Below, in pieces: positions 13,397 through 37,696 of a DNA stretch of 64,000 nucleotides (its first letter is position 1; each line of letters starts with the position of its first letter). Made by a program: the position numbers and the translations under genes. The notes below the pieces were generated by a model. The model did no database searches and had not been told where the DNA came from. It saw nothing but the letters and a program-made list of their open reading frames with translations. Source of the DNA: Stegostoma tigrinum (Eukaryota); NCBI RefSeq assembly GCF_030684315.1, contig NC_081372.1, positions 28,535,481 to 28,599,480 of the forward strand. Direction: 5' to 3'.

Positions 13397-15077
13397 CTCC
13401 AGAATCTTCCTATGTGGGAGCTACCCCATAAACTTAGTTTGATATTCCTTGTAATTATCATTCTAACATTGTTACAATTGTCTCACCTTCCAACACAAGT
13501 TGTGTTAGTCCCAGTGTCAGGGATTATGCTGATGATTAAGTATCAGTAGGCAAATGATGGAGAGTCTATTGTTGCTTTGAGATCTAAGTCAGTTTTTGTG
13601 AACGTGCCAAGAAACAAACAGAAAGCCATACTTGCTTCTGGCTAGTTTTACATTGATCCACAACTAAGTTTTTGAATGTGACACTTCATCACATCAAGTC
13701 TTATTTTGGTTTTAAAATATCAAGCAAATTTATTTTATGATAGATAAACAGTATAGATGTAATAGTCATAATATAAATCTATAATTACAGGAGACAACCT
13801 TACACATGACTCTTAGAACAGACATAATAATAAGCAGATAGCAGCTCTCTCAACTTGCTAATTCTTTGTAATTATCTTTTAGGTACAGACAGAATCCTTA
13901 ATTTCTTTCTGGAATATCAAATGCAGGTCCATTTCTATCTGGCTGGTTGCTTCCCTGAGATTTCAACTTGCTTTCTTCATAGGCTTTTTTCATATGCTTA
14001 TTTCATCCTGGAAAACAATCACTGGAGTTTCTTGGATTTTGAATATTTTCAATGTCAAGTGCAAATGAAGAGGTGTGGTAGTGTTCTTTACATGTGAAGT
14101 ACTCATTTTCCAACCTATCCTTAGTAAAACATAACATTTTATTGGGATTGTGTTAGAGTAAAATTCGAGATCAGAAGGCTGTAAAGCACCTTGGCCCAAA
14201 ATTGTTTGCCTTAATTCATGTGAGAGCATAATAAAAAGGCAGGAAAATAGTCTGGGGGCCAATATATCACTTCCCCTCAAACATACAGTGATGTGAATAG
14301 CATAAAATCAGAGTTGGGATTGGAAACTTGTTATATCGAGATTCCTAGCAATCATCACCTTGCAGAAAATTGGAGTATCTTCAGAAATTTGTATACCTCA
14401 TTGGGAAAAAGCCAAATAGCCCCACAAATGTCGGTGGGGCCCACCTTGTAGGGTCAGGCCAATTAGAAGTTACACACCAAAAGTTTTAAGGTTTTACATT
14501 TTGTTTTATTTATTTCAGAACAGCAAAAGGAATGGCCCTGACATTACCCAGAGCCACACTTTTCACCAGCCTAGGTATAATGCCTACATGTTACAGCATT
14601 GTTTGCAGGATGGCATCTGAGAGGTGCTACCAATATTTCTGAGATGTGATTGTATAGACAAACATATGTAACCAGTGAGTGCATTATCAGTCTAATTGCC
14701 AAGATCACTATCCTGAAGGACTTATGGCATCTTAAGCCTTATGACTGGACTTGAAGGGGGAGCCACCAAATCAAACCTTAACAAAGCAACTGAGTTTTTT
14801 GTCACTAATAGTATGGGATAATTGTCCAAATGTGTTCATCTGGTGACTCAATTGCCTTTACAAATGCATGAGCTCATAAAAGTAGACCCAATGAGTGGAA
14901 TCTTCCCAGCTCCTGAATGTTGTGGACCACGTTGGTAAAATATGGGGAGAACAGGAAAAATAGATTCTCAAATTTTTGGGGAAAAAAGTCTGATTTTCCT
15001 TCCAAGGCTTTAATTGTGAGTGAAAGATGGGGCTAGTAAGTGGCAAAGAGCCTATATGCATGCATTTAAAATAGCAT

Positions 15078-16115
15078 CAGAACAAAGAACATAGAACAGT
15101 AGGGAGCACAAACAAACCCTTCATTCTATCACATCTGTGTCCACCATACTGCTATTCTAAACTAAAACCATCTGCCTGCACATGGTCAGTACCTCTCCAT
15201 TCAAATGCATATCTCAAATGCCTTTTAAACTTTGTTATCGTATCTGCTTCTACAACCTCCTCTGGCAGCAGGTTCCAAACACCTACCGTCCTCTTATAAA
15301 AAAGTTTGCTCATACATCTTCTTTAAACTTTCCCTCTCACTTGAAAACTATACCCTCTTGTGTTCAACATTTTCACCCTGGGAAATAGACTCCGAACATC
15401 CAACCTATCTATGTCTCTCATAATTTTATATATGTCTATCATGTCGTCCCTCAGCCTCCGACACTCTAGCAAACGCTATCCAAGTTGATCCAACCTCTCT
15501 TTGTAGCTAATCTTTTGCATCCTCTCCAAAGCCACCACATCATTCCTACAGTGTGACAACCAGAACTGCAACACAGTATTCCCAAATATGGCCTAACCAA
15601 AGCCTTACACAGTTGCCTTACAACGTGACTTGCTAACTTTTATACGCACTGTCCGACCAATGACGGCAAGCATGCAGTATGCCTTCTTTATCACATTATC
15701 TACTTGTGTTGCCTCTTTCAGGGAACTGTGGATCTGGATGCCTAGATCCCTCTGAACATCAATTCTCCTAAGATTCCAGCTATTTATAGTATACTTTCAT
15801 CTTACATTTGACCTCCAAAATGCATCACCTCACACTTGTCCAGATTAATCTCCATTTGCCATTTCTTTGCCCAACTTTCCAGTTGATCTATATTCTCCTG
15901 CATCCTTTGATATAGAACATAGAACCATAAAGTGCAGAACAGGGCCTTCGGCCCTCGATGTTGCACCAACCTGTGAACTAATCTAAGCCCATCCTCCTAC
16001 ACTATCCCAGCATCATCCATATGCTTATCCAAGGACTGTTTAAATGTCCCTAACGTGGCTGAATTAACTACACTGGCAAGCAGGGCATTCCACACCCTTA
16101 CCACTCTGAGTAAAG
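15078..16115 (-). mobile_element. Two adjacent CR1 3' fragments (older ~15078-15910, younger ~15911-16115)
   Basis: agaacatagaac tails at ~15080 and ~15912; similarity to 6051-6900. Confidence 0.8.
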
Positions 16116-16118
16116 AAA

Positions 16119-16422
16119 GGCAACCATTTGGCCCATTAAGTCCACAACGATCCTCCGAAAAGCATCCCACCCTGACGTATCTCTTACACTAACCCCGAGA
16201 TCTACATTTCCTATGTCTAAACCACCTTGTCCTCACATCACTGGACACTACAGACAATTTAGCATGGTCAATCCACCCAGTCTGCACATCTCTGGACTGC
16301 AGAAGAAAACCAGATCAGCCGGAAGAAGCCCACACAGACATGCAAACTCAATACAGACAGTCACCTGAGGATGGAGTTGAACACTGTGACAAAACAATGC
16401 TAACCACTGAGCCACTGTACTG
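16119..16422 (-). mobile_element. HE1-type tRNA-derived SINE of elasmobranchs
   Basis: Recognisable body caatttagcatggtcaatccacc...ctgcacatctctggactg...aaactcaatacagacagtcacctgagg; head gctaaccactgagccac; CR1-like tail. Confidence 0.7.
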
Positions 16423-16623
16423 TTCCACTTTATTAGTGTCAACAGTTTGGTCAAGAGATCTGCCATAAACAACATTTAAAAGTTGAAATTGATAGGAAAT
16501 AAAGTAAATCTCACTTCAGCAAAAAAGAGTGGTAGAGTTCCATGAAGTTTCAAATGACAAGCCACCTTGGTTAGCTGTTGAATCCCATCCCAGAGTGATC
16601 AATGCTCTGCTAGTTTGGGCCAG

Positions 16624-18700
16624 AGAACATACAATAGTACAGCACAGTACAGGCCCTCCAGCCCAGGATGTTGTGCCAACCTATTACCGACTAAGATCAA
16701 TCTACCCTGCATATCCTCCATGTGCCTATCCAAGAGTCACTCAAAAGACTCAAAAGTATCTGACTCCACTACCACTGCCGGCAGCGCATTTCTCTGACAC
16801 CTACCCCATACCTTCTTCCACTCACCTTAAAAATACATCCCCCTCATAATAGTCATTTCCGCCCTGGAAAAAAGTCTCTGGTTATCCACACCTTTCATCG
16901 TCTGGTACAGCTCTACCAAGTCACCTCTAATCCTTCTTCACTCCAATGAAAAAAAGCCCTGGGTCCCTCAACCTTTCCTCGTAAGATCTGCCCTCCAGTA
17001 CAGGCAGCATCCTGGTGAATCTCCTTGGCATCCTCTCTAAAGCTTCCACACGTTTCCTACAATGAGATGACCAGAACTGAACACAATATTCCAAGTGTGG
17101 TCTAACCAGGGTTTTATACAACTGCAGCATAACCTCGTGGCTCTTAAACTCATTCCCCTGCCAATGAAAGCCAACACACCATACGCCTTCGTTACAACCC
17201 TAAATCTTTCCTCACTATCTATTTTCATGTCATCTGCAAACTTACCAATCAGTCCCATTGACATTTTCATCCAAATCATTTATGTACATTAAAAATTACA
17301 GAGGTCCCAGCACTGATCCTGCGGAATACCACTGATCATAGCCTGCAGTTAGAAAAACACCCCTCCACGACTACTGTCTATTTTCTATGAGCCAATTTTG
17401 TATTTAACTTGCCAACTCACCATGGATTCCATTTGTTTTAATCTTCTGGACCAGCCTACCACAAGACACTTTGTCAAATGCTTTAGTAAAGTCCATGTAG
17501 ACAACATCCACTTCCTTACTCTCCTCAATCATCTTTGTCACTTCCACAAAAAAACTCAATCAAGTTTGTGAAACAAGACCTCCCCTACATAAAACCATGC
17601 TGACTATCCCTAATAAGTCTATTCTCTTTCAAACGCAAGTAAATGCTGTAGTAAGAGCTTTGTCCAATAATTTCCCTCCCATTGATATAAGGTTCACTAT
17701 CCTATAACTTTCTGGATTATCCCTATTGCCCTTCTTAAACAAAGGAACAATTTTGGTTGCTCTCCAGTCTTCTGGGACCTCATATGTGGCTAAAGAGGAT
17801 ACAGAGATCTCTGTCAAGGCCCCAGCAATCCCCTCTGTTGCCTCCTTCATTATCCTGGAATAGATCTCATTTGGCCCTGGGACTTACCGACCTAAATGTT
17901 TTTCACAACACCCAACACTTCTCACCTTCTTAACATTGACATGCTTTAAAGAATCAACAAATCCCTCCCTAAATTTACTAAAATCCATGTCTTTCTCTTT
18001 AGTGAATACTAATGTGAAGTACTTACTAATGACCTGACCCACATCCTCTGGCTCCGTCAAAAATTCCCTCCTTTGTCCATGGACGGACCTACCCTTTACC
18101 ATGATAACAAAGTATGAATCTGGATGAACTCAGCAGGCCAAGCAGCATCTTGAGCTCCTAAGATGCTGCTTGGTCTGCTGTGTTCATCCAGCTTCACATT
18201 TTGTTATCTTGGATTCTCCAGCATCTGCAGTTCTCAATATCTCCTGCCCTTTATCATGTTACCTCCTTGTTTCTAACACAGGAAAAATGCCTTGTGGCTC
18301 TCCTTAATCCTACATATCAAGGGCATTTCATGACCCCCTCTAATCCTCCTAATTTTTTTGAATTTTTTTTCTGTTCCTTTATATTTGTCAGGGAGATTGT
18401 TTGATTTCTGTTTCCTGAATCTTACACGTTTCTTTTTTCTTTTTAACTAAACTTACAACATCTCAAATTTTGTAATTATTCATTTTCATCCTCACAGGAA
18501 CATGCTGGACCTGATTTCAGTCAACTGGCTTCTAAAAGATTTGCACATCAGATGTAGTTTTACCTTTAAACAGCTGCTCCCAATCCAATTTTTCCAGTTC
18601 TTGCCTCATACTGTTGTAATGAGCCTTCCCTCAGTTTAACACCAAGGACTAGTTTTAACGTTTTCCATAACTATCTGAAAACGTACAGCATTATGGATGG
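16624..18700 (-). mobile_element. Degenerate CR1 ORF2 fragment (~2 kb, with internal deletions)
   Basis: VPEDWRATKIVPLFKKGNRDNPESYR, KFADD and LVRPHLEYCVQFW in fragmented ORFs. Confidence 0.88.
18103..18243. mobile_element. Palindromic Penelope-repeat derivative (family A) nested in CR1
   Basis: Inverted arms around 18155; imperfect TSD cct(a/g)cccttta(c/t)catg. Confidence 0.8.
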
Positions 18701-20450
18701 CAAGGTTCTCTAGCTTCATTCTTGCACCTGCAGCTACAATTACAGTCATTCACAGCACTGATGGTGAAAACTGAACATATATTTAAAAGTGTGCCTTGGC
18801 CAGATTGAGGCTCAGCCTCTGTGGTGTAAACTCCTGCAGGGTTGCGGATTGCAGGCAGGGTGGAGGTGGAGGATCCAGGTACTTCTGGAGAATCCTGAGT
18901 GGAAACTTCTGGGGTGGGGTGCCTGTCAGTGGTTCATCCTCTTGTTACTCGCAGTATCCTGTCTCCTTGGGAGGAACAGCCAACTGGGGTGATGTTAGGA
19001 ACCCTTGCCACCCCCTCTCCACACCTCCCACCGCCATCACCTTGTTGTTAGAGCTGAGAATCAATGGCTACAACAATAGAGTGCAGACCTGTGCATGTAT
19101 CTAGCAGACATTGAGTGGACCTGTGTCTTCATGGTAGTTACCATCCTATCCACAGAGACAGTCAGATGCATACAGGCTTGAGCCGGCATAAGACCGACGG
19201 TAAATTAGGACTCCACCAACCTTTGATCCACTTTCCCAATGTCCCTGACAAACCAGCCTGTTGCTCCTGTGTCTATGTCTTTGAATGAAGTTATTAACAG
19301 CTGAAGATAAGGAGTCGTTTTCTGCCGAGGGCTTAATAGATGAATAGTCACTGGTAGTCCTGTGAGTGCTATCAACAAAGGGCAAATCTCCCACCACCAG
19401 CTGCAGAGATGGCCCATTGAAGTACTCACTAGAAAGTTGTTCTGACTCTAATTTAGATAAAGGACCCATGAGGTGTAAGTATCATCGGGAGTGAGCAGAT
19501 GAGTTATGGGCACCCCACCCAACATCATTGTCTGCCCTATTATGAGCTGTTTTTTAATGAAGAGAGACAAAGGGAAGGAGTGAAATGAAAGTAGCTGCAC
19601 AGTTGTTTGTGCTGGTCCAAGTGGAGAAAAGCAGTGAGATATCTTGGGTGAGTCATTAAGACAGAAGAGGGCATGAAGGGTTAGTAGTAGGATTCAAAAG
19701 AAGAGTTATATTGGATTCAAGACATTAACTCGGCTTCTGTCTCCAAAGGTACTGACAGACTTGCTGAATTTCTCCAGCATTGTCCGCATTTGCGGTACTA
19801 GTTCAGAGGTTGGTGTAACTGAGAGAAACTAAGGGAAGGTGATGCAGGCAATTGTGAGAGTCGTCGACTATGAGCCTTAGTAGGAGGTGGGTGCGGTGGC
19901 AGAGACAGAGTGATTGTGAAGTAACAGGGAAAAAAATTTGGCAATTATTCTTGCAGAGTGCAGTCAACCATTAAATGTCATCCTGCATTATTGGGTGTTC
20001 ATTTGTGATGTTGACTGTAATGAGCTGGTAGGCAACTCCTGACTGTCTGACAGAGTTTGGTGCTGTGGTCCTCTCTGAGTGTCCTGAGGATAGAGGATGG
20101 CCTTCCTCTGCACCATTATATCCACTAGGCCCTCTGGTCTATGTTGGTGAAGCAGGGTACCAACTTTCCCTTCTTGACCCTGCGCTTTGCAAATGACAGC
20201 TTCTGACTAGTCATGGTCGACTTGAAATACAGCTGCAATTTAAATATGGCATTCGCCAAACAAATCCCCAAAGGTACTAGCAGCATTAAGTACTGCCACT
20301 GCTGGTTAGCACAAAGTAGTGTGAGTGAGGCACCATAGAGGTGCAATGCACACATAATGAGGTGAACAGAGGATACTGCTTGAGACACCTTACTCGAGCT
20401 CACAAAAAGAAGCTCACCAAAATTGAATGAACTGATGTTCTGTAAAATCC
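18700..20450 (-). mobile_element. PIF/Harbinger-type non-autonomous relic with Myb/SANT-like exon (~20110-19945)
   Basis: Minus strand gives QRKAILYPQD...NTQ*CRMTFNG*LHSAR; GC-richer block than the flanks. Confidence 0.4.
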
Positions 20451-21707
20451 AGCCCCATATATTCATATAGCCATCTTTAGCATTTAATTAACATCAGATT
20501 TTATGTATATGACTGATCCCTGTGAGGACCTTTAGTTGTTGTTGGATACATTTGCACTTCCACTAACACGTAATGGCTTATTATTAGATTAATGAAGACT
20601 AAAGTAACCTGTCAATCACCTTCTAGTAAACCATTTGTTAGATTGCTGTTCTCTATTGTTGAAGCTAAACGGCATGTTGTAAAGCAGTTCACTAATGTTT
20701 GAAGTGGACTAGCTACTGATTAAAGATTCAGTAAGAAAGGGATTTTAAATATACAAGCAACCAAAATAGTAGCAGGTAGATTGTGCAGACATGTTTAGAA
20801 TGAACATAGTATCAAGTTTGACATTGAACCGAAGGTTTGTAAGTCAGCTACCCTATCTAACATGGACATTTTTTAACAAGTCATTTCACAGTCAGAAAGG
20901 TTTCATGAGCCACCTTCTTAACTTCTTTTGTGTTAAGACGCAGGACAATATTACCAGTAATGTGGTGCTGGAATATACTCAGAGCACGAGCATTTCAGGC
21001 AGATTTCAAGTGGTTTCTGGTGGACCGGAAGACAGAACACTAAAGTAGGATGAATAACAGGTACACCTTGAAGATTCACTTGAAGAAGTGCAATATGGTT
21101 CATGGCTCTTGAGGAAATCCCTAACACTTGATATAAGACAATAGTGCACTGATATAAGGAAAACACTGAAGGGTTTTATGCCAGAAAGTACACAAGCTGT
21201 GAAAGCAGCAAGGAAAGCAATGTTGAATCAATGGGAAAACTTCCCAGAAATGTAATCTGAGGTTCTAGTATCAACACCATTGCGACATGAATGGCCATCA
21301 GTACATAAAACTGCAGTAAAATTATTTCCCTTCATTGTCTTGGTAGATTCACAATCTCGGTTTTTCTTTTCTAGCTTTCAGATTATCAGATGAGATAACC
21401 ACTATCATTACAACCAAGATTTTTTAAAAAAATCAAAAATTAGTTTATCAATTCAGTTTGTTCGCGTATTAATGAACCTTTCGGAATTTCAGAACACCAT
21501 TCACAAACATTAGTAAGAGTCCCGAAATCCCTTAAAAGTAGGAAACGTTGCTTTCTATTTCTATAGCACTAAATACTTTAAAAATAAAATGAGAACTATT
21601 TATGGCATTCAAATAATCCAAGGAAAATGATTTTCAAGATCTGACACCTTTGCTGAGTTAGAAGGTTAAGGGAAACAAATACAGGAATTGATGGAAAATC
21701 TCCAGGT

Positions 21708-21845
21708 CTTCCTCAGAAAGGTTACTGGACTCGAAACATTAACTTTCCTTTGTATGAACAGATGGTGCCAAACCTGTTCAGTTTCTGCAGCAATTTCTGT
21801 TTTTATTTCTGATTTCCAAAATCTGCAGTTTTTTGGAATTTTTTT
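21708..21845 (+). repeat. Family B Penelope-type repeat immediately upstream of the PCMTD2 CpG island
   Basis: ggttactggactcgaaacattaact...aatctgcagttttttg. Other family B fragments at ~19700-19790, 25335-25428, 31265-31390, 33085-33205, 38145-38210, 38690-38805, 56648-56800 and 57985-58090. Confidence 0.65.
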
Positions 21846-21869
21846 GGTTTCTTGGGTCACTTCTGGTAA

Positions 21870-22400
21870 TTTCGCCTCCTACTGGCCGCAGGGTGCAGGC
21901 GGTGTCATTTGCATCTGATTTGCATGTGCCTGACGCACATCCGCCGCCGTCACCGCTCAGTGTTTACATGGTGAAGTGGAGTGAGTGCTGAACGGCAGTT
22001 TGACAAAAAAAAGAGGCCAGACAACACAGCGCGACTCGGTAAGCGGTGAGCCTGTGCCTGTCTTCCGCTCAACAAACGCGATGCGACATGAAGAGTAAAT
22101 TGAAAAAAATCTTTAAAAGCCTAACCGCTCCGGGGGAATTGTCGTTGCGGCAGCGGCGGCGGCCCCGGTTGTATCGGCTTGTAGCGACAGGCTCGAGACA
22201 GGCGAGGCACAGCGCCACCGACAGGCCAGACAGAGAATAGCGGCTAGTCCCGCAACAGCAACAACAATAACAACAACTTGATGTTGACAGTGCCCATGGG
22301 GTTAGAATCATGAACAAACTGTCCCAGGATCGCCAAAGGCAAAATCCCCTCCCGATTGGAGGCAGACGAGGCGGGGTTCATTACACTCATTGTGCTTCGC
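21870..22400 (+). promoter_or_regulatory. CpG island: probable PCMTD2 promoter and non-coding exon 1 (candidate donors after 22038 and 22045)
   Basis: Sharp local CpG/GC enrichment in otherwise CpG-depleted DNA, ~4 kb upstream of the ATG; donor-like CG|gtaagc and CG|gtgagc; two ATTTGCAT octamers (21907-21914, 21918-21925) and TGACG (21931). Confidence 0.7.
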
Positions 22401-25400
22401 AGCCATGTGGAAAGGTTGATCAATTTATGTTGGTTACTTTGAGGATTCTTAACGGAATGGTTAAATTGATGTCAGCAATGTGTTTGAGTTTGCAACAAAT
22501 TGCTAGACCAAGTTCAGGAGAAGGAAAGTGCATTGTTATTTTAGCTTTAGCCATTTCTCCTGCACAGTACTGAAAGAGGGGTTAGCCAGTTTCTGGTTAT
22601 ACATAGTGTAGGAGATCTTAAAGGAGATAACCATTTGAGAAAATGAATGGTTCAGCATACTGTTTAGGGACTGATTGAATGGACTGCAAAATCTATTCAG
22701 TTCCTGTATTTCCTTATGTTGTGTAATGAGATATTTGGACTTGTGTAATATGCTCATGTGGCCTTGTACTTCCAGAGAAAGGAACCAACACTCAAAAAAA
22801 ATGAATAGTTTTATAGTGACCCATGTGTTTAACTGAGGATCCAAATTATGTGGTTTTAACAGCTGACCTTTTTATTTTCTTTAATACTAATACTGAAAGT
22901 TATTCTGGTCCAAATATCTATTTACACAAAGCATTATATAATGAAAGTAGAACACAGTGTTGAGGCTTACATCATGGTACACTGCAGTTTCGAAGTTAGA
23001 GTGGCTTTAAAGTTGTTGAAATGTAGGTACTGGTGCCTGTACAAAGTGGCAAACCTAGGCAAAATGGAATCAACAGAATTCAAGCCTGTTTGTTTGACAT
23101 AATATCCTGTTCAACTGTTAGAATGCTGTTTTTGTTTGAAAAAAGCAAGATTTTGAAATGTGTAACTAAAAGACACTTAGTAACTTCAGAAGACTACAGT
23201 TTTTGCTCAAGCACTTTGATGTTGCTGACTAAATAATTTGTCAGTTAACTGATGAAAGCTTTCTCTGAGTGACCTTTTCCTGCCAGTCACAGTGGAACTT
23301 GTTTATATGCACAATGTTTTATTGTGGTAGGAGAGATCAGTAGCTTTTGGTCACTTAGTGCATTGTTGAGTGTGCTTGATCTTATTTGGAGTATAAATGT
23401 GAAAATGCAAGCACAATTGGATGTTTGCTGACTTGTGTTCGGGTGAAATAAATTGTGATTGAGTCAATCTTGTATATTCTCCAATAGCCATTTGGAGAAA
23501 TATGCTGGCAAAGGTTTAGAGCATGTTCACTTATTTATGTTTCAAGTGCATAATAATATTGGGAGATGGTGGGGAGGAGAGAGGGAGAGACATGAATTGT
23601 TTCCTACTTCAATAATAAATAATCCTGTAAATTATAAACTAATTAAAATGTGCAGTGTTAGTAAGCCTTTAAATCAGCTTACTAATACAGTTATCCGATT
23701 ATTATGTTTCAAATATTTACTTCCAACTGATTTGAAAGCTCCTAAAATTTTGGTAATTCCGCCCACATGTGGAATGTGACTACTTGCTATTTTTCCTTAT
23801 AGCCTTGATGTGATTCTTTGCTATTTGTTCCCAAGTATCAGCTACTTTGCAACTGCCTTGGCGGTTTTATGTTATGTTTTGGCAGGCACGAACGAAACTA
23901 GGGTGTAAATATTTGAATTGTATATAAAGTGACCATTCACTAGTTTGGGTTATCTTGGGTTATCCTACTGTTAAAAGCCACCTAATTGATTTGTTTCTCA
24001 AAAATACTGTTATTTTTATTGTTGCTAAATTATATCAAGTAATTCAGCTGTAGCAATAACCAAGCTCCTGTGCGAATGAGTTGTTGAAAATAATCATAAG
24101 AAATAGCGCAGAACTATTGCATGAAGTAACTGAAATAATACAATATGATGTATAGTATTTTCACAACAGCATGACAGAAAAGACCAGTTGTTGGTATGAA
24201 AAAAAGTGTTGGAACTAAGGCGGGATATCCAAGTGAAGTGACATGATGAAGTAAACATATCTATTCTAATGAGAAAGCTTAGGTAGGCAATGAGTCATAT
24301 GGCTAAAACAATCAACATATCTGGAAAGTAATGGAATGATTTTCAGTTGGAAAAGGGCCACAACAAATATGGTGAGAATGCATGTGAGAAGAACCTGACC
24401 TTGAATGGAAAAGTCACAGTAAATAGATAGTACAAGAACTGGAGGAAGAAAGATTGCCGAGGGTGCCTCTTGTCAGGCTAGCCTGATATGATGACTGACT
24501 GACTAAAACCTACCTAAACAAACGTTACAAAAGTGTGTTTTAGCCTATGAATATTTATTTTTAGGCCACAGAGGACTTCTATTTTTAATTTGGCCCCTCC
24601 TCTCTCCTGAAGGGAACTGATTGTTGGTATTGTCCCACAATCACATTTGTATTTGAGCTGAAATGGCCAGTATTGGTAGGCATTTACTTGTGAAAGAGAT
24701 CGTGAATTAGCCTAATCCTGTTGAACACTCACACAAATTTCCAATTGGAGTAAAAGCTGCAGTTCCTAGCACATTTCCTAAAGCTAGCTGACTCCTGTCA
24801 ATAGGGAGGATTGAACCTAAGGTTCTCTGAATTTTTTTCATGCAGTTTTATTGAAGAGTGCGCTTGTCTGTTGGTCTCTGAAGGCAGCAGACATTATGGT
24901 TTGAGGTCATTTATATGCTTCTCCAAGTACCTGTCAAAGTATCATATCAAGTATAATAGACCAAGGACATAATTTCTTAAACTGAAGGAATGCTACTTGC
25001 TTATATAGATTAATGCAAATTCTGTGGTTAAAATTAAAGCCTATAGTAAAACTAAGTTACCGCGTTAATAGCTGCTGGAATCAGGTGATGCAATGAATAA
25101 TGGAATCTTGAGTCCATGTAATGGTTCTCTGGTACTGACACCTGGTCAAATACCAGATCATACATTATCAATTTGTTTTTACAGCTATCACGACTTGCAT
25201 TTCATGAATATTAAGCTGTTAGGCAAAAGTTTGCATTTCAAAATTACTTGCCAATGCTTATTTAAATATTTCCCATATGTTTGTTAAGTAGTTTTAAAAC
25301 TGCAGTACCCAAACATTTTCCTAGCCACCATCAGAGCTGAGGAAGGATCTCTCAACCTGAAGCGTTAACTATGTTTTCTGACCACAGACAGTGCCAGACC

Positions 25401-25952
25401 TGAGATTTTTCAGCAATTTCTGTTTCTGAAAGCAAGCATTCTGAGATATTTCTCAACACTGACATATTTTTCCACTTCTGCCAGCATTTTTAAGCTATTC
25501 AGTGGCACTACATTTCAATTTGTTGGCATCAACTGTATGATGAATATAATGTAGTGAAATCAGTCTCAAGAATCATATATAAAAGTTGCTTAACGCCTGC
25601 AACCAAGGGAATATTATTAACTGGAAAATTTGGTAATATGAAGTTTAAATTAGCGTGGTAGATGATACAAAGTAAGACTATAGGTAAGCATTTTCACCTG
25701 CTTGCCACCATGTTGCTTTACAGGAATACAAATTAGAATGTTTCATGTGGTACAGCAATATCAACATATACTTGTAATAAAAAGAATGTACAGAGATTTT
25801 CATTTATGCAAATATAACTTCCTACAATTTGGTGGGACCTGAAGACTACATTAGCAAATGCCATTTTGAAATTAGTTATGTTTATATAAAGACTGGTGCT
25901 TTTGGAATTGCAATCCTCAACGTCCATGTGATATTCTATCAAACAACAATGA

Positions 25953-37048
<11,096 letters not shown>

Positions 37049-37678
37049 GTCTTGGAAATGACTGCTAGTAATAACTGTAATATATTGCACATAAGCTAAA
37101 GTTTGAAAAATATAGGGGACATATACTGCAATGAAAAAAAACGTGAGCACTTTTACAGACTTGGTTGATTAGCAATTTCCTTTTAATAGTTTATTACTAA
37201 CTAGACAGGTTTCTCCCATTTTAAAAATGCTCTAGCATTATCCCTGTAAAATATTTTCAAAACTTTATGCTTGACTCTGCTGTACATTACTGCATCGTTT
37301 ATGGCAAGCACTTCTTTAAGAGACAATGTACGAGATGATTAGAAAAATGTAAAATTACCATCCCTGTAAAACTGTTTTCAGTGGCTTGTATCTCGTCTGT
37401 ATAATGACATTGTAATTCGTAATAACTTAGTTCAATATTTAATACTGTTTAGTTTAAAGATGGTAAATTTTAAGCACACTTCTGTGCATTATATGCCAAA
37501 ATTGTTTTTTTGTATAGCAATTGTTAAGATGTAACTTTAGAGATTCTTTTCAGATTAGCTTCTTAATTTAAAAGTTTTTAAAAACAACATTAGTTACTGC
37601 TCTGATATTTTCATATTTTTGCAGATTGCTTAGTAGATGAACAGATGTAAGCAAGTACTTGTTTAGACATTTCTCTGC

Positions 37679-37696
37679 AATAAATAAAACAATAAA
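37679..37696 (+). terminator. Cluster of three AATAAA polyadenylation signals, probable PCMTD2 3' end
   Basis: AATAAA at 37679, 37683 and 37691, ~630 nt after the stop codon in AT-rich, repeat-free 3' UTR-like sequence. Confidence 0.6.

Noticed and set aside
1-21800. MYT1 exons expected from synteny
   Set aside because: No CCHHC zinc-finger or other MYT1-like coding sequence was recognised.
22252-22278. (CAA/CAG)n run read as poly-Cys in ORF 22069..22317
   Set aside because: A short microsatellite in the presumed first intron, with no coding support.
25684-25723. Donor gtaagc plus acceptor tttacag as a mini-intron
   Set aside because: Only 40 nt, too short for a typical vertebrate intron, and there is no transcript evidence.
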